Notes under the pieces: generated by a model | Database searches by the model: none | The model's input: only the letters and a program-made list of their open reading frames with translations | Told to the model about the DNA's origin: nothing | Part shown: piece by piece, positions 53,540 to 64,000 of the stretch | Numbering within the stretch: the first letter of the stretch is position 1 | Layout of the letters: each line of letters begins with the position of its first letter | From: Dicyema japonicum | Taxonomy: Eukaryota > Animalia > Dicyemida | Assembly: GCA_011109175.1 (NCBI GenBank) | Contig: RDEW01000002.1 | Span: forward strand, 322,299-386,298 | Reading direction: 5' to 3' | DNA: 64,000 bases | Translations under genes and position numbers: made by a program

Positions 53540-53965
53540 ACAACACCTTCTTACTACAGAAAATTTACAGACAATAAATACTGCCAGTAATCGAATACGC
53601 ATGCCCTTTCTAAGCTCGATCATTTCTGAATCGTCGTCTCAAAAATTAGAGGCCGCACAACTTGCTGCCTTGAAAATAATTAATAAGAAAACCGTGAATA
53701 ACGTATTGAATATTAAAGAACATTTATGGTAGAGAGTGAAGTCATTTCTACAGTGGGCAATGAAAAACGGCTGTCCGCTTTCACTCTCTATATCTGACTA
53801 TCTAGAAAATGCGGGTGTCGATGGAGAATGAGACCGTCCACGTTTTACCAATTCTGTTGGATATTCGAAAACCCCGAACGAGAGCCAGAACCCGGAAAAC
53901 CGGGATCACTTAATTAGTAGTTAACTTTTAACTTTCTCTAATCCGGTAATCTTGGGGTAAAAAAA
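53540..53965 (+). mobile_element. Ingi/Vingi-like LINE 3' fragment
   Basis: PVIEYACP word and terminal RKTGIT* (~53912), followed by the CTTGGGGT-A tail. Confidence 0.7.
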
Positions 53966-54269
53966 GATTCCAAATTTGTATCATAATTTTACTCGTAATT
54001 TATTTGATCAAATTTATATGTGAAAACGTTTATCGCAAATAAATAACCCGAATATCGTTAGGACGATATGATATTAATCTGGAATAGAACTTTCTCAATT
54101 CATGATATATCTCTGGTTTCCATGTATTCAAGTATGACACAGGCAATGTCCTCTCAACGTGTTTGAACCTTTTGCGGAAATAAACAAAAAGTTCCTCTCT
54201 AAGAACGTCTCGAGAAATATAAAGTATTAATAGAGACACCTAATATAATATTGAGTTCATAAAAACCCG

Positions 54270-55093
54270 TTGAATGGTTTTCACATTTTTGCAATCCCAT
54301 GACTGACGATGAAGCTTCAAAATTAGTAGTCCTGGTAGACTGTTTCCAATAATTAAATGTTGAACTTTAAATATTTTTTGCAGTTCTTCCACAGCTAATT
54401 TTCGTGCATCGCAATTGGATATTTTCTTGAAAAATCATAATGCTCTAAATTAAAGTGTCTCTCCAGATTTGACTTTTTTGTTCTGGATGAATGTTTCGTG
54501 GCAAATGAGACATTTTGAAAGGTGATCTGATATGATGGCAATAGTCTCAGCCCATTGAGGTTGGAAATACATATTTTTTATTTTCAAATTTTTTTGCCAC
54601 TTAGCGCCAAAGTCAGTGTGGTGCTATGTGGATATTTGCATTGAAGACTCTTTGTTTGTTACTTCTGTTCCTCTTCTATTATTTTGGATCCAAGGAGCTT
54701 GAATTGTTAGCGTGCGTCGTGTAGTTCACCATCTCTGGTGGCGCCAGATATAATCCTAAATTATATCCAAAAAGAACCATCCAGAGGAGTTCTCCCTGGA
54801 CGGATCTTTCTTCAGGTCCGAGCATGCGAAGACTGTTGAGAGAGGCCGGAATCACCTGAATTTTTGCATTCTGTTATGACAGTGTTCTTCGGTTCAATAA
54901 ATTTAAATTTATAGACATAGTTTAAGAGCCACAAACAGAATTTATGATTAAGCGAGTAAGTTTTTAAATTTAAAATATCTAATAATTTAAATAAAAATAA
55001 CAATTTAATGTTTTTAATGATATGTAAGTAATCATTTGCAATAATTTAAAGAGCAACATAAATAACTTAAAGATTCATGGTTGCCGACCCCTG
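54270..55093 (-). mobile_element. Charlie/Buster-type hAT transposon 5' fragment
   Basis: TIR CAGGGGTCGGCAACC (rc of 55079-55093) beside a TCTAG-type target (ATCTAGGG). ATG at 54572 starts MYFQPQW...KCLICHETFIQNKKSNLERHFNLEH...KPFN, a GTF2IRD2/Buster-like N-terminus. The other TIR was not found. Confidence 0.75.
54708..54860 (+). mobile_element. ~150-bp non-autonomous Ingi/Vingi derivative (ribozyme-like 5' end fused to ORF 3' end)
   Basis: 54708-54800 matches 48721-48830. 54820-54858 encodes MRRLLREAGIT*. Possible TSD TGAATTGT/TGAATTTT. Confidence 0.8.
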
Positions 55094-55720
55094 CCCTAGA
55101 TGACTCTAGAATTCCAGCAACACAGGCGCAAGGGAACTAGACGTCTTGACGGCGATCGGAACGAAAAAAGATCATTAGGTAGGACCGTTTACTTAGCCAG
55201 TTTAAGTTTTAGCCCTCTTAACGGCAGAATAGGCTCCAGAGGCACTCTGGAGTTGATTGCAAGGGGCAAACGTGTCGGTGCGACAACAAACAGGCACAGA
55301 AATGATGGCTAGATGACACTATCAAATTTTTGAAAGAATTCCAGCATATTGCATCATCCAGGCCCTTCTGAGAGAATATGGAAGGCTGGGAAAGCTGATG
55401 ATACAGCTCCAGGCCTCACGAGCATGGCCGGCCTTTTGGTCAATAGAGAATTCAGGAAGGCAGTGAGAATCCTCTTGACAAGTGTTAAAGACCATTAGCG
55501 ACGAGAATATCCAAGGAGAGAAACGTGTACAGGGTTGCAAATTTCGAGCCCTCAGAGTCTCACAGGCAAAGTGGCTTGCTTCCATGAATAATCTCAACAG
55601 GACGTTAAAGATATGCTCCGCTGTCGAACGGAAAATCTCGTTAATCTGTATCTTTAAAATTACCTGTGTTTGATCGATTTCTTGAAGAGACTGTCTGGGT
55701 ATAAGTCGGTTAGCACCCAC
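55094..55720 (-). mobile_element. CRE-like element C-terminal relic with internal deletion
   Basis: rc aligns with 62330-62930 (ATGCTCGTGAGGCCTG, CGGTCCTACCTAATGAT, AAGACGTCT). Confidence 0.7.
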
Positions 55721-56386
55721 ATCGTTACGTTTACTTCCCCTTAAAATAATTAGCTAATAATAACTTAAATTAAGAAAAATATGACTCTGATAATATAAGT
55801 GATTCAAAACGGTTGTACTGTTTTTTCGAGATTTACTTCTGAAATGAAAAAATTTGATACAAAAACAAAAGTTCATTAAGATAGCTGTCATTGATTAAGT
55901 AACCATGAATTTCGCTGTTTTGTTCTTCGACAAAATTAAGATAACCTTTATTCACTGCCAATCAAGGAATTACAATGTTACATCTGGGGAACATAAATTC
56001 GGTAAAATCAACTTTTATTTTTAATTTGATTGATTTTATGCTAATTGCTAGTAAAAAAAGTATCTGGTCCACATGCGGAGACAGAACATTGGTTTAATAC
56101 ACAGACAAGTTCAAAAAAATATTGCAAATATGTGAATACGTTGAATACATGTAGAATATGTTGTAATTGTTGCCATTTATCCTACTGAGACATTTTATCT
56201 GTTACTATACTTCTGAATTATGTATGAAATCTAGCAATCATATACTTTTGACTTATATTCAAAACCAAATGCCTAACATTGTAAAATCGTTTTTTTATTG
56301 TGGACCCTGAATCAAAATCAATTAATTTTAATCTTTCATTGATAGACAACTAAAGACAGACTGAAAACAAGAACTATACCATTTCC

Positions 56387-56485
56387 CATTCAATATGAGA
56401 ATATTATCATTCAAAATGGAATAGTGTCATTCAATTTAGAACAGTGGCAATCAAAATGGAATATTGTCATTCAAAATGAAACTTT
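56387..56485. repeat. Minisatellite, ~20-bp unit CATTCAAAATGGAATATTGT x ~5
   Basis: Five consecutive imperfect units read directly from the sequence. Confidence 0.8.
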
Positions 56486-57472
56486 TCAACTTAAATAATT
56501 ACACGAAAATGAATTAAAAATCATATTCAATCACTCTTATTCAAGGATTTTACATTCGAGCATGATTCCTGAAGAAGATTTACTAGAGAGCTGCATTAAC
56601 TTGATCCATTGCATTTGAACTAAGGATTCATCTCAATTTGTTCAATCATAAAATCCACATTCTCTCCAATCTCCAGGAGCATCATATACAACCAGGAGCT
56701 TTAAATTTTTTTCAAAATTTTTTTTGCTTTTAAAAATTGATTACATTGAGAATGAAAAGATTAATGAAAATTTTTTAAAAGATTCAGAAAGACTAAATAA
56801 AATCAGAAAACATGAGACTTGTGGACAAAAAGATACAGCGTTAAATCAATCGGAATTTGGCGTCTCTTGAGTAAGATGGATCCAATGACGCCAACAGAAA
56901 GAAGATAAATCTTAATCAAGTTGCCACATGGTAATTCAGCTTTATTGAGTTTATTTTTTAAATTGGCGACAAAATTCAAGTAATCAAAATGGCCAATTTG
57001 CCAGTATTCACTGTAAAAAAATTGTTTATCACCTACTTAAGTTCATATCGCCCCCTGAAAGCAATTTCTCATAAACACACAGCTGAAATTTCAAATCGCC
57101 CTAAAAAGAACCGATATCACTCACTTTGGTAAAGCTTGCACAAATTGAAATGATTGTGGATATTTACCCTCTGTTCGATCGCGAAAAAATATATAAAGAG
57201 ACTGTGTTTGCTGGCTCATTTGATAAATAATTAGATGTAGCTAAATTAACATAAAAACAATGTGGACGTAAATTTGAATTTTTTGAAAAATTAATTATTT
57301 TGTAAAATTTTTTATTATTAATAATTTCCAGATGAGTAGTGTATATTTATTTTAATTATTAAATTTTCAATATAAAACCACTTACTAATAAATTAAATTT
57401 TACGTTCAATCAATTAATTTATCGTTATTTAAAATTTAAAAATTTTACAAATATTATGTGTTATGTATTTAC

Positions 57473-57539
57473 GTGTGCTATGATGTAAATCGTACCGCCC
57501 CAGTCTGATGATAATGCTGATTGTACATTCTGAGCACAT
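57473..57539 (+). ncRNA. SNORD31: Box C/D snoRNA, SNORD31/snR67-like (guide for LSU rRNA P-loop Gm)
   Basis: Terminal stem GTGTGC/GCACAT, C box ATGATGT (57480-57486), guide GTACCGCCCCAGT (57492-57504), D' CTGA (57505-57508), D CTGA (57530-57533). The guide is complementary to LSU rRNA ACUGGGGCGGUAC, and the D'+5 rule points to the second G of GGGG (E. coli Gm2251 equivalent). Confidence 0.88.
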
Positions 57540-57779
57540 CATTTGTTAAATTAAAACTTCGAATCCGCGCATTTTTTCAAAATTACATAATTCCGCCGCA
57601 TTTAAAAATAATTTTTTTCATTTTTTTATTATTTTTATTTTTTTAATTCAAAAATACTTCTACACGAGACATTATCAATTCTTGTGTTGTTGGTCCTAAT
57701 GAAACGTAATTGTACAATATTAAAAAATTCTGAAAAGCTCCAAATTATAAAATTTATCCGTCGATGGACATCCGATGAT

Positions 57780-58890
57780 CGAGCTGAAGATTGTAAGGTC
57801 GCAAATCATGTGAGGAATATTCTATAGAACAAGGAAGATTAATTCCGAGGAAGTGTCAGGTTAACCTTAAATGTAAAGTTAGCGAACGGCGGCAAAAAAA
57901 CTAAAAACAACCAACGATCTCTGATTTCAGCAAATTTTTATTTTGGTGTCTTGTTTATAACATCTGCGGCCTTTATTTATGAAATTAAAAAAATCCACAT
58001 CCTTAAAATATCCTCTTATTTTAAGGCAATAGTTATGAAGATGAGCACATGTTACAAAATGTAAATTCGTGTATAAAATCTTCAATACTTGTACGGCAGC
58101 TAACATGTATCTGGCTGCATCCGACATCAGTAATACAAAATTATGGGATCTATCGCAAAATACAGATCTAAAATAAATGCAAATAAAACCTAAAAAATAG
58201 CTTAATTCTGTCAAGCTGCATCTGCCATAAATTTTCTACACTTTTTCGACATGGCTAAGTAGAAAGAAGATTATGTCCAATACTCTCAAACAAGTCTCGT
58301 AAGCTTTTACTGTTCAGTATATGCAAGGGAATATCGGATTTGACAAAAGCCTTAATTAGTGACTTTATAGACCCATGTGTCGGTAAATGAGACGAGTTTT
58401 ATGGTATTGACACCTGTAAAATAGTAATAAAAATAATAAACCTGCTAATTTGAAATGCTTTTAAGAAAATCTATGTGATTCAATAAAAAATTTGTTTTTT
58501 TTGCAGTACAAATATCCCACATAAATTAAAAAAGAGATTTCCTTGTGAATTGATAGAAAATTCATCAGGATATTTTCAAACACAAGACTTATTCTTTTCA
58601 ATTACACGCTTGATTGAACGCGGAATCACAGTGAATGATGATAATTGATTCACGCTTCTATTTTTTTAAAAAACTCAAAAAAGTAAAAAATAAAAAATAA
58701 AAATTAATGAAATTTTTGACTTTTTTGACCTAAAAATTAAATTTTGACCTTTTTGACATTAAACGAAATTTTGACTTTATAACTTTTGATTAATATAATA
58801 TTTTTTGATTAAAAATACGTTTTTTCATAAGTTTTAGACAATTTTAAAGAACATATCAATTTTTAACTTAAATTGACAAAATTGCCCTAG
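57780..58890 (-). mobile_element. hAT-related (CGGBP1/DUF659-like) transposase relic
   Basis: KAFVKSDIPLHIL...CRKSV, then LLMSDAARYM...LKILYTNLHFVTCAHLHN...KIRGYFKDVD. TTTTGAC-rich subterminal repeats at 58710-58790. Confidence 0.7.
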
Positions 58891-59039
58891 TAATCATATA
58901 ATTTCCAGACACATTTGAATTTAGTTTCCGACTGCATGGTCACAAACTGGATGTCTCCTTCCACATCAAAATCTTCTATAACAATATATACTACAGGACG
59001 GAGACAATTCAATCATACTCCTAATATATACCTTAACAA

Positions 59040-59300
59040 GGAACTTCTCCAATGATTTCATATCCTAAAATCCTCGGAGTCATGTTTGACACGAATATCC
59101 TTCGAACTGTAGCTGGTCAATCGAATGGTCAACAAAAAAAGTTTAAAACGCTCTTGTACAAGCAATTCATCAAGATGACACTGAATTATGTCTCCCCAAC
59201 GTGGGCTCCACGCATATCACCCTCAACTGTCTCTAACTGGAGAGTAGTTTGGGTCTTCTTTTCCTGCCCTGGATTACCAGGACTCGACGTGAAAGTAATG
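59040..59300 (+). pseudogene. LINE RT C-terminal fragment
   Basis: YPKILGVMFD...LLYKQFIK..LNYVSPTW. Confidence 0.6.
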
Positions 59301-60099
59301 TAGCTCAGAGAGTATCATGTCTTTTAACGGTAGCCAGTTTTCTATGTTAGCGAAACTGTGGTTAATACTTTAATTTATAGCATTTGGATGCCCTAATTTA
59401 TTGATCGATAAGAAGTGACGTAATTAACAATTCTCTTTAGGTTTGCTTCTCCCACACTGGCTACTTAGTTAAATATTTCTCTTAGATCCTCCGTTCCTTC
59501 TCTTCTTTTTATGAGTGGTATTCTGACATCCACTTGTCTCAGATAATGCATAGAGTAGGAGTGCCATAAAAAATTATTCTCGATCAATAGATATTAATTT
59601 TTAAGATTAAAAAACGAACTGAAGATCTATCCCGTCGGATCGGCTCAATGATCCTGAGGGTCACCAAGAATCCATGGGAGACTGGATGGCTTCGAGTGCG
59701 TATCTCAATATATATCGTCAGAGGAAAAAGAGCCGTATTAGCTACCTAATTTTTAATTTCTAAAATCACTTAATAAATTTGAACAAAAGAACAAAAAAAT
59801 TATGGTGACATTGTTATTATCAAGGCACTTTCACGAAAGCTGATACAGGAATGATTGATTTAGGAATATCTGATACAGGAATACAGGAATGATTGATTTA
59901 GAAGGAGAAGATGGAAGTGTGATTCAAGAAAATAGCAGAGACTTAGCAAAGCTAGAATAATTTTTCAATATAAATTTCTCAATTTTTTCTAATAAAACAG
60001 TTATTATTATTTTGATCATTTATAATATCATTAGAGTTAGGAGTTTTTAAGCTTCAATGGGATCCCGACGATAGAAGATAACTAAATGGAGTGTGGATA

Positions 60100-61200
60100 C
60101 ATCGGAAGTGTCCAGGCCGCATAGGCGGACACGTTTAAATATCCTAAAAATAACTCCTTACTTACTTTGGAATAAACTTTGTTTGGTTGGATGTTGGATG
60201 GACCATTATTGCGAATTTCTGCAAGGAAAAGGAAAGGTGGTTAATTTGTGGTGGAGAACACAATTTGAACTCTTGTTTAGCTAAGAACAGTGAAAGGAAA
60301 TGCATTAACTGCGGAACAGTTGGTTATTTGGCTTGTTATGGTGGTTGTTCTTCAGCAAAGGCTGTCTTCGGAGAAAGAACAAAAGACATGACTAAGAAAA
60401 TGTTTTGACGCCGTTAATTGGGTTAAAGCTGAGGCTGTTGAAAATGTTCGGGAAAATCTACACACCCCATAAAATGTGACTTTTTGACCAAAATAGACGC
60501 GAAAATATCGACCGTGGATACTGCCGAACCTCTGAGAATACAAACATTGTTACCTATTATTTGTCCGTGTCTTCCGGGTTTTCTGTTGTGATGTCCTCGA
60601 CCCCGAATCACTGTTCTCCAAGTGCCTGGGATTATTTGGGAATGGCGTTAATATCGGAATCTGTTCATCAAATTTGGAACGACCTTTTATGCATGGTGAT
60701 ATTGGTAGTGATCATTAACTAATCCTTTATAAACGCAACCTAACTACTTTACTGCTCTAGTACGCTATGAATTGACAAGTATAAACTGGGACTATTACCG
60801 AAAAAGCATTGGTTTATATTTATGACGTTTTGGCCATTTTTGTAATTTCGAGTCTTCCAAGTTTGATCTTGAGAGTTCTTGTGACTCTAATTTTTTTTCT
60901 TCAAATCGTACCTCGGAACATATATTCGAATAAAGTCTATTTGGTTGACAAGAAATCTCCATTGACAATAAAATGTTACAGTTTTTTGAAAAGAAAACAA
61001 TGTTAAAAACAACTACGTCGATGTCCTGATCCTCATGACCGTACGCTCAAATAGACAGAAATTATGATAACCAAGAAATACGCAGATTAGAAAAAATTAA
61101 AAAGAATAATTTTTGGATAGCTCAGTGCAGCGATTTGTATCAAAAAAACAGAATCTATAAAAAAAAATCTATAATAAAGTAACTGGACAAGAAAAAAACA
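60100..61200 (+). mobile_element. Degenerate I/Jockey-like LINE (gag-like ORF1 zinc knuckles plus APE end)
   Basis: CGGEHNLNSC...CINCGTVGYLACYGGC knuckles at 60240-60350; IGSDH and NWDYY words at 60700-60800. Confidence 0.6.
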
Positions 61201-62299
61201 AGTAAATCCAGAAAAGAAATTCCACTGTTGCAATGTCATGATGGGTTTTCTGTATTTTTTAGAAAAAATTCCTAACCTGATTAGGGACGAACTCTCGAAA
61301 ATACATAAGGTTAACCTTGATGAGCGACTGTATCGTTTGGCCTTCAGTTCTCTGAAAGAAAAGCTGGAAAAAGTAATTAGTTTTTTTATTTCTACGTCAC
61401 AGCCCTATAAATGCTGGAGAAGTTGAAAATGCGATGAAATACACTAAAGAGATTCAAACCGGAGCATCTGAATTCTGTCTGGTACTTATAACACTGCGCC
61501 ATCCCACAAAAATTCTAAAATATTTGTTATAGGGTTTTCAAATTTGTTTAATAACTTTTAAAATTTTTTAATAATTTGTCAAAAACATTAATAAGTTTTT
61601 CATAAAGTTATTAATAAATGTCTTATAGAATTACTCACAAATCCCTCCCAAGTCAATACAATAGGAATAATCTTAACTTTGCCGCTGTATATTTTAGACA
61701 ACTGACAGCGAAAAGGTCATATTTGTTTAGTTTTTTCACCTTAACTACCTTCAACATCTCTTGAGAAGTGGATACTAAATGTCTACTTAGATAAATCATA
61801 CTTATTTATTTCGAACAATGTATAACCGAGATACATTGAAAAATGTCAGACATACTTCTATTGCACAAAATGTCAATTTAGCTAATGATAGATGAACGCT
61901 CTATTCTTTTAATAAATTTTATTGTAGAATTTAAATTTGTTAAAATTTTAAATAATAAAATAATAAGCATAGCGTTTTTGTTTCTTGTGATGGACGAATC
62001 TGACGTATTTACTAATGAAGATGATCTCTTTGAAGACTTTTCTGTTCAAGGTGACTTATTTAACAATATTTCAGATGGGATGATTGCCATGATGACTTTA
62101 TTGCTATGCATGGAGTTCACAGTGGCATGAGAATTTGGATAAAGTGAGTTCTACCAAAATTCAAAGTATACAATTTTATGTGAGTGTAGAAACGAAATTA
62201 CAAAATTTTTGGCGAATAAGAATAATCAATAATTTATAAATATTATTATTTGTAAAAATATTTAAATTAGTTCATTTAATGAATATTTCTCGTCGCTAA

Positions 62300-63043
62300 T
62301 GGCATGTAACACTCGTCAATACGATTCTACACTCTCTGACTGAATTCTCGATCGAAAGGACGCCAATTATGCTCGTGAGGCCTGTAGTCGTACCTATCAG
62401 TTGCCTACGCTTTCCGGTTCTCAATGCTTTATGCCTTAATTCTTCTGAAGTTCTGCTAATGTCATCTAACCAACATCGCCGTGCCTGTTTGTTAACAGAA
62501 AGATGTGCCTGCCGATGCGGAGACAAGATCGACTGTTTTAACCTACATCCTCTCTCCTGCAAGAAAAATGCAGGAAATCCCTTATAAATCTTGCCTTGAA
62601 ATTTGTCGTTAGGTAGCTTTTGATGTAGTTAGACACCCATCATGCTCGAAGAAGTGAGTATATGCAGGCGTGAGGGGAAATTACCAATTGGAATTAACAT
62701 TTTTTCCTTGATGTCAGAAAAACTCTTTTCTGAGACCTCACCTGAACCGACACGTTTTTTTTTGCAACTAACTCAGAGTACCCTAAATCCTGTTCTGCCG
62801 CTGAGAAGCCCTAGAGATTGAAACGGGCAAATTCGCGGTCCTACCTAATGATTTTTGTTTGTTCCACTCGCCGTTAAGACGTCTGGTTCTCTTGCGCTAG
62901 CGACACTAGAATTTTTGAGTCGTCCAGGGAATCGGAATTCTACACGATCAGGAGATTCCCGTGAGCGCTGTAGGTTAATTGAGCGAGTTTTGCTCGTCAT
63001 CTAAAGAAGGAATAGCCACGCAGTCAGGGTGGTCGTAATATGA
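62300..63043 (+). mobile_element. CRE-like element 3' portion (Zn finger plus RLE)
   Basis: CRCGDKIDCFNLHPLSCKKNAG, ICRREGKLP, LFVPLAVKTSGSLA, SGDSRERCRLIERV...RRNSHAV. Confidence 0.8.
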
Positions 63044-64000
63044 CCATTTGCTTACTTTTTTCCGTAATAAATTCGTCCATTGTGCTTTATAGATTAATTT
63101 AAATTATGGCGATATCGGTGAATTATCAAAAATATATTCATTTGTAAATTATCAGAACTTTAATTTATCTGAATGGGGTGATGATGACAAGAGGGTTTGT
63201 CAATTTCACGTACATAAATACAATGTTTGGAAGATAGAGTGAATACTTGAAGAAGTGGTTTTTCTTGACAGCAGGAGGTAGATTTGTTCTTTGACTGTCC
63301 GGATGTGAGAAATAGGATCTGGAATTTTGGGGATTGTCCAAAAACTAAAACTCGGTCCATAAACACGGACATGAGGATTTTTTTTATTTGAGGATGTTTG
63401 TGTGTCTTTAATCGCCAGTGTGGTCGAGAAAAATCCGACTGGCTTACAGTCTACTAGATGATTTGCCTACTCCCTTTGACAATTGGTCGAGTGGGATACT
63501 TTGTAATAGTCTAAAACAGAGGAGATCCATAGATGACGTTGTGGAGAATGCATCATGAAATCGTCCTCAGTCTCTCTAAATTTAATTAAGTCTGACTAAT
63601 CATTTGAAATAATCACTGTGTTCAATGCTGCACGTGTTGTGTAATGATCTCAATATAGTAGAAGTGTTAATTATTGGTTCTAAAAATATAATCAGTCGTC
63701 AACTACTCCTTCACGAGACTACTTTTAAATTAACTGATAGAACTCTAACAACTGCATCATTCGTTAAGTGGATATGAAAATTTTGAATGTGATGTTCATC
63801 TTTTTACGGACAAGTGTCTTTTTATATTTTTGATTGGGAAAGAATCAATAAATTCAATATTTAGAACTTTTCGGTGTGCAAATTTAATTTCGAGTTTATC
63901 GGTTCGACAAAGAGCTTACTTACCTAATAGATTAAGGGATTGGTATAATCTAAAATAGCGATGATAATAATTAGCTTGATTGTGTAATGTCTCTTAAGTG

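Noticed and set aside
116-63372. Most 60-130 aa ORFs in the supplied track as host genes
   Set aside because: They are antisense or off-frame shadows of transposon ORFs, or chance ORFs repeated with the arrays.

Overview
AT-rich eukaryotic genomic DNA under the standard genetic code. It is most likely from a reduced animal (inference: a tetraspanin with ancestral animal-type intron positions, and a snoRNA guide matching the metazoan LSU P-loop). About 90% of the window is transposon relics and tandem or inverted duplications. Only two host genes are well supported. One is an intact six-exon tetraspanin (3384-4112) that the ORF track misses because it is split by five 22-25 nt GT-AG introns. 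The other is a 67-nt box C/D snoRNA (57473-57539) of the SNORD31/snR67 type. Mobile elements include R4/Dong-like and CRE-like RLE retrotransposons, an RTE element, three hAT families, a tRNA-derived SINE (3 copies, with filled and empty sites side by side) and many Ingi/Vingi-like LINEs. The Ingi/Vingi family is the most interesting system here. One full-length copy reads HDV-like ribozyme candidate, then leader peptide with a 2A-like motif, then APE, then RT. A ~150-bp non-autonomous derivative fuses only the ribozyme-like 5' end to the last ORF codons. Two macro-repeat arrays (3.08 kb x ~2.2 and 3.37-3.72 kb x ~4.5) lie within nested old inverted duplications, one of which carries a tetraspanin pseudogene. 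All family assignments come from motif recognition by eye, and the boundaries of decayed elements are approximate.
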